DNA of 64,000 bases from an uncultured Bacteroidales bacterium (GTDB lineage Bacteria > Bacteroidota > Bacteroidia > Bacteroidales > UBA1402): positions 1,686,808 through 1,750,807 of the forward strand of contig OW818699.1 of NCBI GenBank assembly GCA_942493385.1. Reading direction: 5' to 3'. Each line of letters begins with the position of its first letter. The stretch's first letter is position 1. The notes under the pieces were generated by a model. That model worked only from the letters and a program-made list of their open reading frames with translations, searched no databases and had not been told where the DNA came from. The translations under genes were made by a program, and so were the position numbers. Of the stretch, positions 51,285 through 62,603 are shown in pieces.

Positions 51285-52748
51285 ATGAAACCAACCAAAT
51301 CAAAGAAAACGAACCTGCTGTTAATGGGAGCGGTATTCTGTTTTACCGCTTTTTCGTGCGTCGATGGCTACCATGACGATACCGTATGGTCATCGAGCGT
51401 AAAGAATACCCAGCTTGAATCGCCTGCAGCCGATCAAATTACTGTCAATTTCAGCGCTGACGGTACCGGTCAGACCATTAATTGGCCTCTTGTACCAGGT
51501 GCAGGTGGCTATCAGGTCACTGTCTACAACGTGGACGACCCTGCAAATCCTGTTTTGATTGGCGAAGAAAACGAGGTGGTCGATGGCATCTCAACGACTC
51601 GTCCCTCCACCGAAGATACGCGATTCAAAGTGGTGATCAAGACGTTGGGCAATGCTAAGAACAACAATTTGGAGGCAGTAGCCCCCACCGAAAAGGCCTA
51701 CGACAACATGTTGGCCGTTACGGCAATTATACCTGACGGAACCAATCTGAGTGACTATTTCAAAGCCAATCCAATTCCTGCAAGTCCTACAGAACTTTGT
51801 TACGAATTGGTAGCTGGTGGTATTTACACGATGAGCGACACCATTTCAATAAGGCAAACGACGGTTACCATTCGAGGCGACAAAGTGGTACATCCCAAAA
51901 TTACGGTGACCGATGGTTCCTTTGTGAATGGCGGAGCAGGTTTCAAGTTGAAATTCATCGATATGGATTATGCTGGTTTTACTGGTTTGGCAACAACGGC
52001 CGTCATACTGATGGATGCCAATATTGCAACTACGGGATTATCAACAGGTGGATATGTGGTGGTACCTACAACAGCACCCATTGCCATTCAATCCTGTAAG
52101 ATTACCGGATTAAAGTATTATTTGTTTTTTGATAGTAGTAAAAAGTATGCTATAGGCACCTTCCTGATCAAGGATTGCATCATTGGCAGGAGTTTGAATC
52201 AAAGTCTGAGTGCCGAAATTCGTTTTGGTGCAGGTATGGTAAAAGATCTGACCATCACGAAAAGTACGTTTTATAGCGAAGTGGCCGATGGAAGCAACCG
52301 GTTTATCCAGATATCATCTTCAAATGTGAGCAGCGTTAAACCTGCTACCGAAACTTGGGCAAGTGGAAGCCTTACGGTTACGAATTCTACCTTCCTTCAG
52401 TGCTGTAAAACAACCCAGTCATTCAATTCCAATGGAGCCATGAGGCAGGTAGGCGACAAAGTGACCATCATGAACAATATTTTTGTCGATTCCTTTAACC
52501 AGGAGGCCATTCGTCGATTCCGCTCTTCCAACACAACACCAGTTTTTACGGGCGGATATAATTCATATTGGTACAATGGCATTTTCCCATTGAATGAAAA
52601 GACTCATGCACAAGGCGACAACAGCGGAACGATTATTGAAACCGATCCACAGCTGACCCGTGAGGCAGGAACTGCAAACTTTACACTCGCAGGCCCCGAT
52701 CAAATAGCTGCAAGAACAGGAGACCCCCGCTGGTTGCCCGCTTTATAA
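51285..52748 (+). CDS. Lipoprotein with FN3-like and beta-helix-like regions (DUF4957/DUF5123-like PUL protein)
   Basis: Lipobox TAFSC. Has an FN3-like GAGGYQVTVYNVDDPANPV segment and the C-terminal GDPRWLPAL. The family name is from memory. Confidence 0.45.
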   Translation: MKPTKSKKTNLLLMGAVFCFTAFSCVDGYHDDTVWSSSVKNTQLESPAADQITVNFSADGTGQTINWPLVPGAGGYQVTVYNVDDPANPVLIGEENEVVDGISTTRPSTEDTRFKVVIKTLGNAKNNNLEAVAPTEKAYDNMLAVTAIIPDGTNLSDYFKANPIPASPTELCYELVAGGIYTMSDTISIRQTTVTIRGDKVVHPKITVTDGSFVNGGAGFKLKFIDMDYAGFTGLATTAVILMDANIATTGLSTGGYVVVPTTAPIAIQSCKITGLKYYLFFDSSKKYAIGTFLIKDCIIGRSLNQSLSAEIRFGAGMVKDLTITKSTFYSEVADGSNRFIQISSSNVSSVKPATETWASGSLTVTNSTFLQCCKTTQSFNSNGAMRQVGDKVTIMNNIFVDSFNQEAIRRFRSSNTTPVFTGGYNSYWYNGIFPLNEKTHAQGDNSGTIIETDPQLTREAGTANFTLAGPDQIAARTGDPRWLPAL

Positions 52749-52783
52749 AATAGTACCATGCATGAACATAAATAAAGAGAAAC

Positions 52784-55700
52784 ATGAAACAGTTTAAAAA
52801 CATAATTTGCTTGCTGTTGTTTGCGCTTGCATTACCTGCAATGGCTCAGCAAACACGTACAATAAAAGGAACGGTGCTTTACGATAACGCCGAAGCCGTT
52901 ATTGGAGCGAGTGTGGCAGTTCCTGGTACTAATGTCGGTACGATAACCGATGCCAACGGAAAATTTTCCTTGCTTAACGTTCCGGCTGCAAGCAAAACAG
53001 TACTGATCTCCTATCTTGGTCACAAAAGCCAAACCATTGACATTGTTGGTAAATCCGAAATCAATGTGACGCTCGTGTCTTCAGTTGCAACCGATTTGAA
53101 CGAGGTTGTGATTGTAGGTTATGGTACCCAGAAAAAAGCACACCTTACTGGTTCCATCGCGACAACTTCACCGGTAGAAATTCTTGATTTGTCAGCAACC
53201 AGTTTGTCTGCCACCTTAGAAGGCTTGATGGCAGGTGTCAGCGTCAGCCAAACGAGCAATCGTCCGGGAGAACCGGCTCGTATTTCGATTCGCGGTCAAA
53301 CGACTCCGCTTTATGTAATTGACGACTATGTATGTCCGGTCGAAGATGGCGAGCGCATGTTCAACAACCTTGACCCAACGATGATTGAAGGCATCTCCGT
53401 ACTGAAAGATGCTTCAGCGGCCATTTATGGTGCTCGGTCTGCACAAGGTGTCGTCCTAGTCAAAACCAAACGAGGTCAGATAAGCAAACCAAAAATCTCG
53501 TACAACGGGCAATTTGGGTATACCGACGAGTTTTACCGCTCAAAAATGATGGATTCGTACAATTATGGCCAAACATGGAATGCCATTCGCGTTGCCGATC
53601 CTACACAAAGTGGTTTCGACCCGTTGAAACACCTTTATCAGGCAGACGAACTGGAAGCCATGAAATCGCTCGATTACGATTTGTTGGATAAATACTGGAG
53701 TTCGGCTTTGACTCAAAAACACGGTGTCAATGTTAGTGGCGGTACCGAAGCTGCTACCTATTTTGCTGGTGTATCGTACATTACGCAGGACGGTAATATG
53801 GGCAAAATTGACTACGACCGTTGGAACTACAACGCTGGTATGGATGCAAAAATAAACAAATGGACAAAGGCATCGTTGTCGGTTTCTGGCGACTATGGTC
53901 AAACCACAAAATCGAACAACAAAGTAGGTGGGACGAATGCTGAGAAAGATTACGTCATGTTGCTGACCCGTCCGCGCTATATACCCGAGTACATCACAGA
54001 CCCGGCAACTGGCATGGAATATGCCATTGCACCTTATGGTATTACAAACGGTATGTTGGAGCAAACGCAAAACTACCATTACGACGTCATCGAGAACTTA
54101 GGCAATTTTTCGAAAAATATGCCCCAAAATATGACGCTTAGCGGATCGATCGACTACGAATTCGGATGGAGCAAGATACTGAAGGGCTTGAAACTGAAGG
54201 CTGTCTATTCAAAAAGTATCAGTACTACCCACAGCAATGAATTTGGTTCGGAATACTCCCTGTATCGATTCCCCGATGGCGTTAATGGACGCGGCGGTAG
54301 TGGCAATCACTTATATGTTGGTACGGATGGTTATCCGCTCAATTATGGCAACATCACGACAGTCAATGTGATCAACGGAAGCAGCAGCTACTTGAAAAGA
54401 GAAATGGGTCGCAGCGACAGTTATCAGTTGAATTTTGTTGCATCGTATGCCCGTACGTTTGGCAAACACGACGTGAGCGGTTTGTTCACGGTCGAAAAAT
54501 CAGAGCGCGAATACGAATATGTATGGGGTAATGTAAATTTACCCTACACGTTTACCAATTATCAGTCGAATGGAGCAAGTGGCGACCAAACCACTGCGTT
54601 CAGCCGTTCTGAATCGGGCGTTTTGTCGTACGTTGGTCGTTTGAATTACGTTTATGATGGTAAATATCTAGCTGAATTCTTGATACGTAGTGATGCGAGT
54701 ACCAAATTCGCTCCCGAAAACTATTGGGGAACATTTCCTTCGTTTTCTGCCGGTTGGATTATTTCGGAAGAAAATTGGTTTAAGGAAAGCGTGCTCTTTG
54801 TAGATTTCTTGAAAATTCGCGGTTCGTTTGGTATGCTTGGACGCGACAACATCGATTCTTGGGCTTGGGCACAATTTTACGGAAACGAAGTGATCAAAGG
54901 TCCGATCTTTGGTAACAACCCTGACCAGAATGCAGGTCCTCACTTCCAATTACCGAACGCTGTACCAAACCGTAATTCCCACTGGGACAAGAGTTACAAG
55001 TCAAATCTTGGTATGGATTTGAACATTTTGAAAAGTCGCTTGTCACTTTCTCTTGACGGCTATTACGATCAGAATCGCGACGTTTTCATGTCCATCAGCA
55101 ATGCACCCGATTATCCCACAACGGTTGGTGCTCAGGCTTCACCTTCCAACTGGGGTTCGACCGACAATTATGGTGTTGAACTTTCGTTGGGTTGGCGTGA
55201 CAAGATTGGCAAGGATTTCAAATACCATGTACGTCTGAATACTGGATACACCGACAACAAACTCATCAAGTATCCTTTTGCTGCCGAAGCTACCCGTCCG
55301 TTGGACGCAGCTGTGCCAAACGAACGCTCCGACCGCGGTTTGTGGGGATATGAGTGCCTCGGAATGTTCCGTTCGTATCAGGACATCGCCGAATACTTCG
55401 CCGAAAACAGTCTGATCACCTACATGGGTAACACGCAGGCCGATATTCACCCAGGAACGTTGATTTACAAGGATGTTCGCGGCTCGCAAAAGTCGGACGG
55501 TACGTTCTACGAAACTGGTGATCCACTCGACCCAGAGGGCAACAAAGTAGATGGCAACGACCGGATAAAAATATCGAATCGTAGCAACAACATTTATGGT
55601 TTTACGATGAATTTTGGTGCTGAATATAAGAGTTTTTCTATTAGTGCGCAATTAGGTGCAAGCTGGGGCAGCTATACCATGATGCCTACGCAAGCCATCA

Positions 55701-56128
55701 CCAACAAAAGCGTTGTTTCCACCGCTTCGGGTTATGATGTGATGCAATACACGAATTTGCCGTCTTTCTGGACGGGAAACATGTATGTTTATGAAGATGT
55801 CCTTGATGCGCAAGGCAGAACTGTAGCCACACAGAACCGCGATGCAATCTACCCCAACTTGCGTTTTGCTGGGATGAATTCGGTAGCTTCCACTTTTTGG
55901 AAAGTAAACAATGCCAACGTGATGTTACGTAACCTGACAGTTGCTTACTCGCTACCAAAGAATTTGGTTCAAAAGGTTGGTATCGAAAGTTGCAGACTCA
56001 ATTTGACAGGCCAAAATCTGCTCGACTTCTACAACCCATATCCCGATAAGTTTATGAGTCAGAATTCCAGCTTCAGTGTCTATCCTACGTTACGGAAATT
56101 CACTCTAGGTGTAAATGTTACATTCTAA
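52784..56128 (+). CDS. SusC/RagA-family TonB-dependent outer-membrane transporter (second)
   Basis: IKGTVLYDNAEAVIGASVAVPGT N-terminal domain, then plug and barrel. The protein ends in F. Confidence 0.9.
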   Translation: MKQFKNIICLLLFALALPAMAQQTRTIKGTVLYDNAEAVIGASVAVPGTNVGTITDANGKFSLLNVPAASKTVLISYLGHKSQTIDIVGKSEINVTLVSSVATDLNEVVIVGYGTQKKAHLTGSIATTSPVEILDLSATSLSATLEGLMAGVSVSQTSNRPGEPARISIRGQTTPLYVIDDYVCPVEDGERMFNNLDPTMIEGISVLKDASAAIYGARSAQGVVLVKTKRGQISKPKISYNGQFGYTDEFYRSKMMDSYNYGQTWNAIRVADPTQSGFDPLKHLYQADELEAMKSLDYDLLDKYWSSALTQKHGVNVSGGTEAATYFAGVSYITQDGNMGKIDYDRWNYNAGMDAKINKWTKASLSVSGDYGQTTKSNNKVGGTNAEKDYVMLLTRPRYIPEYITDPATGMEYAIAPYGITNGMLEQTQNYHYDVIENLGNFSKNMPQNMTLSGSIDYEFGWSKILKGLKLKAVYSKSISTTHSNEFGSEYSLYRFPDGVNGRGGSGNHLYVGTDGYPLNYGNITTVNVINGSSSYLKREMGRSDSYQLNFVASYARTFGKHDVSGLFTVEKSEREYEYVWGNVNLPYTFTNYQSNGASGDQTTAFSRSESGVLSYVGRLNYVYDGKYLAEFLIRSDASTKFAPENYWGTFPSFSAGWIISEENWFKESVLFVDFLKIRGSFGMLGRDNIDSWAWAQFYGNEVIKGPIFGNNPDQNAGPHFQLPNAVPNRNSHWDKSYKSNLGMDLNILKSRLSLSLDGYYDQNRDVFMSISNAPDYPTTVGAQASPSNWGSTDNYGVELSLGWRDKIGKDFKYHVRLNTGYTDNKLIKYPFAAEATRPLDAAVPNERSDRGLWGYECLGMFRSYQDIAEYFAENSLITYMGNTQADIHPGTLIYKDVRGSQKSDGTFYETGDPLDPEGNKVDGNDRIKISNRSNNIYGFTMNFGAEYKSFSISAQLGASWGSYTMMPTQAITNKSVVSTASGYDVMQYTNLPSFWTGNMYVYEDVLDAQGRTVATQNRDAIYPNLRFAGMNSVASTFWKVNNANVMLRNLTVAYSLPKNLVQKVGIESCRLNLTGQNLLDFYNPYPDKFMSQNSSFSVYPTLRKFTLGVNVTF

Positions 56129-56143
56129 TAAAAACTTGCAGCA

Positions 56144-58318
56144 ATGAATAAAATCATGAATAAATTAGTTTTAACCACAGTCCTGGCAGCAAGTCTTTTG
56201 TTTAATTCAGGATGTAGTGACGATTTCCTCAAAGAAAAAAGGGATTACAGCAAACTTTCACCCGATTTGTACAACGACTATATGGGTGCCAAGATGCGTG
56301 TGGAGGATATCTACCTTCGACTTTTGCCGAATGCCAATGATGGTCTGATGTACCGCAGTCCAAGTGGCGGAAAAGCAGATATTCTATCTCAATGCACCGA
56401 GGAATTTTCGGGACTTTCTGATTTTGTAAATCCCGATGTGATCATTACCTCTTCGAGCAATCTTGCCGATTGGTTTCATGTCAACAAACAAACTAGTGCC
56501 GGTCCTTGGGGCGAAATCCGCAATTGCAATGATGTTATTGAGGGTGTCTCTAACAGTACGCTAGCAGAAAACCAAAAACGAGAGTTGCTCGGACAGGTTT
56601 ATTTTTTCCGTGCATGGCAGTATTACTTGCTTGTAAAGACCTATGGCGGCGTACCAATTATTGATGAGGTGCAGTTGACCGATGTGAGCGAGGCTGCAAA
56701 TTTGGCTCGACCACGTTCCACTACCAAAGCTTGCATCGACTTTATCTGCGACGATTTGGAAACAGCTGCCGGTATGTTGCCACTCCGTTGGGGCTCTTCC
56801 GATTTTGGCCGAATTACAAAGGGTGCAGCGTATGCGTTGGCTGGCAGAGCACGTCTGCTCTATGCAAGTCCGTTGTTCAATCGCACTGATGATGTAACAC
56901 GTTGGCAAACAGCTTACGATGCCAATAAAATGGCATTGGATTCCTTGACTGCAGGCGGTTTTGGTTTGGCCTACAAGGACGCTCCCGGCATCAATGCCGC
57001 TGGTTTTTCGAAACTGTTTTCGGACTACAACAGCAACGAAGCCGTTTTTGTGACGCTTTACAACCGTGTTCACGATGACAATGCGGCACATGAAATCTAT
57101 CGCAACAACAAAAGGGAACAAGGTTTGCGTCCCTCAAATGCTGCCGGTGGCACCAGCAATACCGGTATTAACGCCAATTCGCTGATGTTGGACTTGTTCC
57201 CAATGGCAGATGGAAAGAAACCGACAGAAGTGGGCACTTACAATTACAGTTCATTGAAATTCTTTGAAAACCGCGACCCGCGTTTCTATCGCACCTTTGC
57301 TTTTCCAGGTGTCTTTTGGAGATTTGAAGGGAATCCGTTGACTTGGACTCCACCCGTACCATCGAATGCCGTTTACAACGGTACGGATTATGTTTTGTGG
57401 AATTATGCATGGTATGCCGATCTTACGAAACAGGACGATCCAAATATTGGTGGATATGGAGCCGACAGATTGGGCCAAAATTACCGTGGTGTCTATGTTC
57501 GCAAGCGTTCAAACGATTTCGACATGACCACTCCAACCCCAACTTGTCTTTATCGTTGGCCTTCCACTTCTGCCGAAAATAGAGCTGGTGCTTTCGGTGA
57601 AGGTGCCTTGCCTCACATGGAAATCCGTTATGCCGAAGTAATGCTCAACTTTGCTGAAGCTGCCTGTGGTATTGGTAATACAGCCGAAGCGATTCAGGTG
57701 TTGAAAGACATCCGTCAGCGCGCAGGTTATACCAATGCGACCGATAATTACGGTTTGAACGTAGGCGAATTGGCCGATCGTGCCAAACTCTTTGCTGCAA
57801 TCCTATACGAACGCCAGATTGAATTGGCTTATGAAGGTAAACGTTTTGACGACATGCGTCGCTGGCTGCTTTGGGACGGAGGAGCATCATTCACTGGTGG
57901 GGATGGAGCACCTTCAACTTGGACACTAACCGGTTTTGCAGCAAATACCTGTACCTTTCTTGGTGTGACACCTTTCAACGGCAGTCGACGCGACAATGTT
58001 GAACTTGCTGCGAAAGCAGTCGCTGTTGAAGCACAGGGAAGTGACCCAATTGCAGCCAATCGTCCGGCTCCGCTCGATTTGAAAACGGATCTAAGTACTC
58101 AATTTGCAGGCCTGGCATCTTTTTACGACACGTATTTGAAACGTAAGATACGCTTGGGAGATGAAGTTGGTAAAGTGGTGGCATTCAAGCCACAATATTA
58201 TTTTATTGGCTTGACAAGTGCCGCACAAACCAACAACATCACTCTGCTGCAAACAATTGGCTGGGCTGATGTCAATAACGGCAATGCAAACGGCACGTTC
58301 GACCCACTTGCAGAATAA
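56144..58318 (+). CDS. SusD/RagB-family lipoprotein (second, long: 724 aa)
   Basis: Lipobox FNSGC. Has SusD-like motifs (YFFRAWQYYLLVKTYGGVPI, MLNFAEAA). Confidence 0.85.
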   Translation: MNKIMNKLVLTTVLAASLLFNSGCSDDFLKEKRDYSKLSPDLYNDYMGAKMRVEDIYLRLLPNANDGLMYRSPSGGKADILSQCTEEFSGLSDFVNPDVIITSSSNLADWFHVNKQTSAGPWGEIRNCNDVIEGVSNSTLAENQKRELLGQVYFFRAWQYYLLVKTYGGVPIIDEVQLTDVSEAANLARPRSTTKACIDFICDDLETAAGMLPLRWGSSDFGRITKGAAYALAGRARLLYASPLFNRTDDVTRWQTAYDANKMALDSLTAGGFGLAYKDAPGINAAGFSKLFSDYNSNEAVFVTLYNRVHDDNAAHEIYRNNKREQGLRPSNAAGGTSNTGINANSLMLDLFPMADGKKPTEVGTYNYSSLKFFENRDPRFYRTFAFPGVFWRFEGNPLTWTPPVPSNAVYNGTDYVLWNYAWYADLTKQDDPNIGGYGADRLGQNYRGVYVRKRSNDFDMTTPTPTCLYRWPSTSAENRAGAFGEGALPHMEIRYAEVMLNFAEAACGIGNTAEAIQVLKDIRQRAGYTNATDNYGLNVGELADRAKLFAAILYERQIELAYEGKRFDDMRRWLLWDGGASFTGGDGAPSTWTLTGFAANTCTFLGVTPFNGSRRDNVELAAKAVAVEAQGSDPIAANRPAPLDLKTDLSTQFAGLASFYDTYLKRKIRLGDEVGKVVAFKPQYYFIGLTSAAQTNNITLLQTIGWADVNNGNANGTFDPLAE

Positions 58319-58334
58319 TAATCCAAAAACTTAG

Positions 58335-58366
58335 GAGGCGGGCATCAAAATCCGCCTCTTTTGTTT
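58335..58366 (+). terminator. Intrinsic terminator after the second SusD gene
   Basis: GAGGCGG (58335-58341) and CCGCCTC (58352-58358) form the stem, followed by TTTTGTTT. Confidence 0.55.
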
Positions 58367-58402
58367 GTATATTGATAATACCTAAAGAATAGCGTAAAAA
58401 TT

Positions 58403-60145
58403 ATGAAACATTTTTCTTTAATCTCTCTCTTTGTCGTTTTTGCGCAAATATCCTTGCAAGCCCAAACCAAAGCCTTCCCTACAGCGGAAGGTTTTGGTTC
58501 TATGGCTTCAGGTGGACGTGGCGGTGTGGTCATCGAAGTGACCAACTTGGAAGACGATGCAACAGGTGCCACTGTGGGCAGTCTTCGTTGGGCGCTGAAT
58601 CAAAGCAAGACCGTGCCGGCCACTATTGTGTTCCGAGTAGGGGGCATCATCAAATTGGTGGCCGACTTGCGTAGCACACGCACTGCTGGTACCACCATTG
58701 CCGGTCAAACGGCTCCTGGTGACGGCATCACCATACGGGGTGCCAAAACAAACCTGGGAGGAAGTGTCAATCTCGTAGTCCGAAACATCCGTTTCCGCAT
58801 CGGATTGAAGGGCGATACGTTATTTGCGGCAGGAGGTTCCATCGGTATCGAGAATGCCAGCAACTTCATTTTGGATCATTGCGTTTTCGGCTGGTCGGGT
58901 GAGGAAAACATGACCATGTACGACAACATCTCAACCACGGTGCAATGGAGCATCATCCACGAAGGTTTGTACGCCAGCGGACATGCCAAAGGCGCACGGA
59001 GTTATGGAACCCAATGGGGCGGACAAGGTGCAACTTATCATCACAACCTGTTGGCGCACAACTACAACCGAAGCCCCCGTTTTAATGGGGCCCGCAGCAA
59101 CGACCGGAACGCACTGATCGACTTTGTGAACAATGTGAACTACAATTGGGGAAAATCAAACTCCTGTTATGGTAGCGACTTCGATTCTGGGGGATTGACC
59201 AACCGCACCAATATGGTCAATAATTACTACAAGCCCGGTCTAGTGCGACCTGGAACAAGCAACTCCTTTTTCACTCAGGCCTCTTTCGGAAGTCAAACCA
59301 CCGCACAAATTCCTGTTTTTTACATGAACGGAAATTACATGGAGGGTTCGGCAAACGCAACCAACAATACCGACAATTACAATGGTTTGGATGCGGGTGC
59401 CTATACCGCAAAATCGATTGCCAAAACGGCATTGATTTCTGCCACCCCGTTTTCGATAACCTATCCAGTAACGACCGAATCGGCAGCCAACGCCTATAGC
59501 ACTGTTTTATCCAAAGCAGGCACCATTAAGCGCGATTCCGCAGAGCGTCGTGTCGTCAATGAGGTACGAACAGGCACCGCCTCTGGTAAAGGAACCTCTG
59601 TGAGGTATTTGAATTCGGACGGAACAACCTATTCGAACAACGGATTTTACAACGTAGCCAAAGGCATCATCGATAATCCATCATTAGCTTTTGGATCTGA
59701 AATTGCATACCCATCCACCATATGGACCAGCACCATTGTGGATGCGGATCACGACGGAATGGACGATGCTTGGGAACTCGCAAAAGGATTGGATCCTGCA
59801 AATGCAGAAGACCGAAATACCCTTTCGCCAAGTGGTTACACCGCCCTGGAAGTCTATCTGAACAGCCTGATGGGGGAGGAAATACTTTTCAGTACCGGTA
59901 TGAAATCGAACACTGTCTCCCACGGCATCGGCTTTATCCACAATCCAGCAAGCGATGTGATCAACTTGTTCAGCCCTGAAGCCATCAACCGATATCGCGT
60001 TTGTGATGTATCTGGCAAATGCCGTCAACAAGGTCATGAAGCAGGTATGACCAGTTTTGATGCTGCATTACTACCCAAAGGCCTTTATTTTTTAGCTTTA
60101 GAAACCGAATCCGGCAACAACGTTACTTTGAAATTCATTAAGTAA
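58403..60145 (+). CDS. Pectate lyase, PL1-like, with Ca-binding repeat and T9SS C-terminal sorting domain
   Basis: AEGFGSMASGGRGGVVIEVTNLEDD...GSLRWA...TIAGQTAPGDGI parallels the lyase at 32348. Also has DADHDGMDDAWELAKGLDP and the CTD ...GLYFLALETESGNNVTLKFIK. Confidence 0.7.
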   Translation: MKHFSLISLFVVFAQISLQAQTKAFPTAEGFGSMASGGRGGVVIEVTNLEDDATGATVGSLRWALNQSKTVPATIVFRVGGIIKLVADLRSTRTAGTTIAGQTAPGDGITIRGAKTNLGGSVNLVVRNIRFRIGLKGDTLFAAGGSIGIENASNFILDHCVFGWSGEENMTMYDNISTTVQWSIIHEGLYASGHAKGARSYGTQWGGQGATYHHNLLAHNYNRSPRFNGARSNDRNALIDFVNNVNYNWGKSNSCYGSDFDSGGLTNRTNMVNNYYKPGLVRPGTSNSFFTQASFGSQTTAQIPVFYMNGNYMEGSANATNNTDNYNGLDAGAYTAKSIAKTALISATPFSITYPVTTESAANAYSTVLSKAGTIKRDSAERRVVNEVRTGTASGKGTSVRYLNSDGTTYSNNGFYNVAKGIIDNPSLAFGSEIAYPSTIWTSTIVDADHDGMDDAWELAKGLDPANAEDRNTLSPSGYTALEVYLNSLMGEEILFSTGMKSNTVSHGIGFIHNPASDVINLFSPEAINRYRVCDVSGKCRQQGHEAGMTSFDAALLPKGLYFLALETESGNNVTLKFIK

Positions 60146-60146
60146 A

Positions 60147-61037
60147 ATGACCAACAAGAAATTTTCCGGTGTCGTGGTGCCTATGGTTACGCCACTGAGC
60201 CCTGAACTGCGAATCGATACGGATGCAGTGGCACGCATCATCCGATTATTCGCCGCAAACGGTATTGATCCCTTGGTGCTCGGTACGACTGGTGAGTCCA
60301 GTTCCATCAGCAAAAAGAGCAGTTTTGAGCTGGTCGCTGCTGCCATAGCGGCTAAAGCGCCCAACCAACGTATTTACGCCGGTTTGGTGGGAAATCAAAT
60401 CAAAGCCCTGATTAAACGCGGAAACCGATACCTTGAAATGGGCGTGGATGCCGTTGTGGCCACCTTACCATCGTACTATGTGTTGACTCCGGAACAGATG
60501 TACACCTATTATAGGCATATGGCCAACAGTTTGGAGGGTCCCCTTCTGATGTACAACATAAAGGCCACCACACAAATGAGCATACCGTTGGAGCAAGTCG
60601 AAAAACTGAGTCATCACCCCAACATCTACGGACTCAAAGATTCAGAACGGGATGAAGAACGCATGAAAGCGTGCATTGAAAGCTATAAGGATAGACCCGA
60701 CTTCTCCTATTTTTGTGGCTGGGGCGCCCAAAGTGCCGGAAGTTTGAAATTGGGAGCGGACGGCATCGTTCCGAGTACCGGTAACATCGTCCCTGAACTG
60801 TACAAGGCACTCTATCAGGCTGCTTTGAAGGGCGATTTTGAAACAGCCGACCAATTTCAAGTCCAAACCGATGATGTGGCCGTGTTGTACCAGAAGGACA
60901 GAACCCTTGGCCAATCACTGGCAGCGCTTAAAGTGATGATGCACAGCAAAGGCCTATGCGGTACCACGATGATGCCACCACTTACGGAGCTTTCTCAAAA
61001 AGAAGTTGATCAAATTAATGTAGAATTTGTAAAATAA
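60147..61037 (+). CDS. DapA/dihydrodipicolinate-synthase-family class I aldolase (second)
   Basis: VVPMVTPL, LGTTGES and YGLKDSER motifs. Confidence 0.75.
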   Translation: MTNKKFSGVVVPMVTPLSPELRIDTDAVARIIRLFAANGIDPLVLGTTGESSSISKKSSFELVAAAIAAKAPNQRIYAGLVGNQIKALIKRGNRYLEMGVDAVVATLPSYYVLTPEQMYTYYRHMANSLEGPLLMYNIKATTQMSIPLEQVEKLSHHPNIYGLKDSERDEERMKACIESYKDRPDFSYFCGWGAQSAGSLKLGADGIVPSTGNIVPELYKALYQAALKGDFETADQFQVQTDDVAVLYQKDRTLGQSLAALKVMMHSKGLCGTTMMPPLTELSQKEVDQINVEFVK

Positions 61038-61046
61038 CTCATTGTC

Positions 61047-62603
61047 ATGCTAGGACACACCATCCACTGGATCGATACCCTCATCGTTTTCGCCTCCGTT
61101 TTGGCTACCATTGGCGTCGGCCTGTATTTTGCCAAACGGCAGAAAAGCTCCGACCATTACTTTTCCGGAGGTCAGAACATTCCCGCCTGGGCCATCGGTC
61201 TTTCCATCTTTGCCACCCTAATCAGCAGCGTCACCTTTTTGGCCTATCCTGCAGCCGCCTACAAATCCAACTGGATTCTGCTGGTGCAAGGGTTGATGGT
61301 GCCGCTGGTACTGGTCTGCATCATCTGGCTCGTCGTACCACTGTATCGAAAAGCAATTAGACTCAGTGCCTACGAGTATTTTGAACGCCGCTTCGGTTTT
61401 GGTGCGCGCGTGTACAGTTCCTTAGCCTTCATGCTCACCCATTTCTCCAAAATGGGAACCGTATTGTACTTGGTATGTTTGGTGCTCAATACCTTGAGCG
61501 GCATTCCAATTATGACACTAATTATTGGTATCGGTCTTTGCATCGTATTCCTTACTCTGGTCGGCGGCATCGAAGCCGTCATTTGGATGGATGTGATTCA
61601 GGGCTTTATGATCATCGGTGGCGGACTGCTTTGCCTGGGTCTACTTTTATTCAGACCCGAAGCCGGCCCCGTAGCCACCCTTCAACAAGCCTGGGATATG
61701 GGCAAGATTGGATTCGGCCCCTACGATTTCAGCTTTACCCAACTGACATTCTGGGTGATGGCCATCAATGGCGCCTTCTACGCCCTACAAAAATACGGCA
61801 CCGACCAGACCATCGTGCAACGCTACCTAGTTGCAAAATCCGATAAAGATGCCAAAAAAGCCTCCTACATCGGCGTTCTTACCACGGTGCCAGTCTGGTT
61901 GCTCTTCATGCTCATCGGTTCGCTGCTCTATGTCTTTTACCACAACGGTACCGCCGTCCTTCCCGAAGGCATGAAAGCCGACGAAGTATTCCCTTATTTC
62001 ATGGGCACCCAACTTCCTGTAGGTGTCGTGGGGCTCGTGCTTTCAGCCATCGTCGCCGCCGCCTTTTCTACCCTGGCTTCGGATATGAACTGCCTCTCCG
62101 CCATTGGCGTTGAAGACTATTATCAACGGCTGAACCCGAACATCACGGACAAGCAACGCCTAAAGATGGGCCGCATGCTCGTAGGCATTTCAGGCATCGC
62201 CATGATGGGAGTGGCCAGCCTCTACGTCATCTGGCAAGGCGAAGGCGTGCTCGGCATGGTGTTCGAACTTTACGCCATATTCTCTGCCGGAATCGTGGGC
62301 ATCTTCCTGCTCGGTCTCTTTTCGACCCGTGCCAACAAACAAGGCCTGTACATCGGTATCGGCGTGACCGTGCTGTTTACGGCCTATGCCATGCTCACCT
62401 CCACCAAGTTTGAAGTTGGTGGCGAAGAACGCATCTTGCTAGATCTGGGCAATTGGAACTTCACCCAACACAAATACATGCTGGGCGTTTACAGCCACCT
62501 CATCGTCATCTTTGTAGGCTATGGCGCCAGTCTCTTTTTCAAAAAACCGAAACTGGGCGAACAACTCACCATATACAGTTTCCTCGAAGCAAGAAAAAAA
62601 TGA
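61047..62603 (+). CDS. Sodium:solute symporter (SSF) family transporter
   Basis: 518 aa with roughly 13 hydrophobic helices. Has the SSF-like YFSGGQNIPAW and GGIEAVIWMDVIQ motifs. Confidence 0.8.
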   Translation: MLGHTIHWIDTLIVFASVLATIGVGLYFAKRQKSSDHYFSGGQNIPAWAIGLSIFATLISSVTFLAYPAAAYKSNWILLVQGLMVPLVLVCIIWLVVPLYRKAIRLSAYEYFERRFGFGARVYSSLAFMLTHFSKMGTVLYLVCLVLNTLSGIPIMTLIIGIGLCIVFLTLVGGIEAVIWMDVIQGFMIIGGGLLCLGLLLFRPEAGPVATLQQAWDMGKIGFGPYDFSFTQLTFWVMAINGAFYALQKYGTDQTIVQRYLVAKSDKDAKKASYIGVLTTVPVWLLFMLIGSLLYVFYHNGTAVLPEGMKADEVFPYFMGTQLPVGVVGLVLSAIVAAAFSTLASDMNCLSAIGVEDYYQRLNPNITDKQRLKMGRMLVGISGIAMMGVASLYVIWQGEGVLGMVFELYAIFSAGIVGIFLLGLFSTRANKQGLYIGIGVTVLFTAYAMLTSTKFEVGGEERILLDLGNWNFTQHKYMLGVYSHLIVIFVGYGASLFFKKPKLGEQLTIYSFLEARKK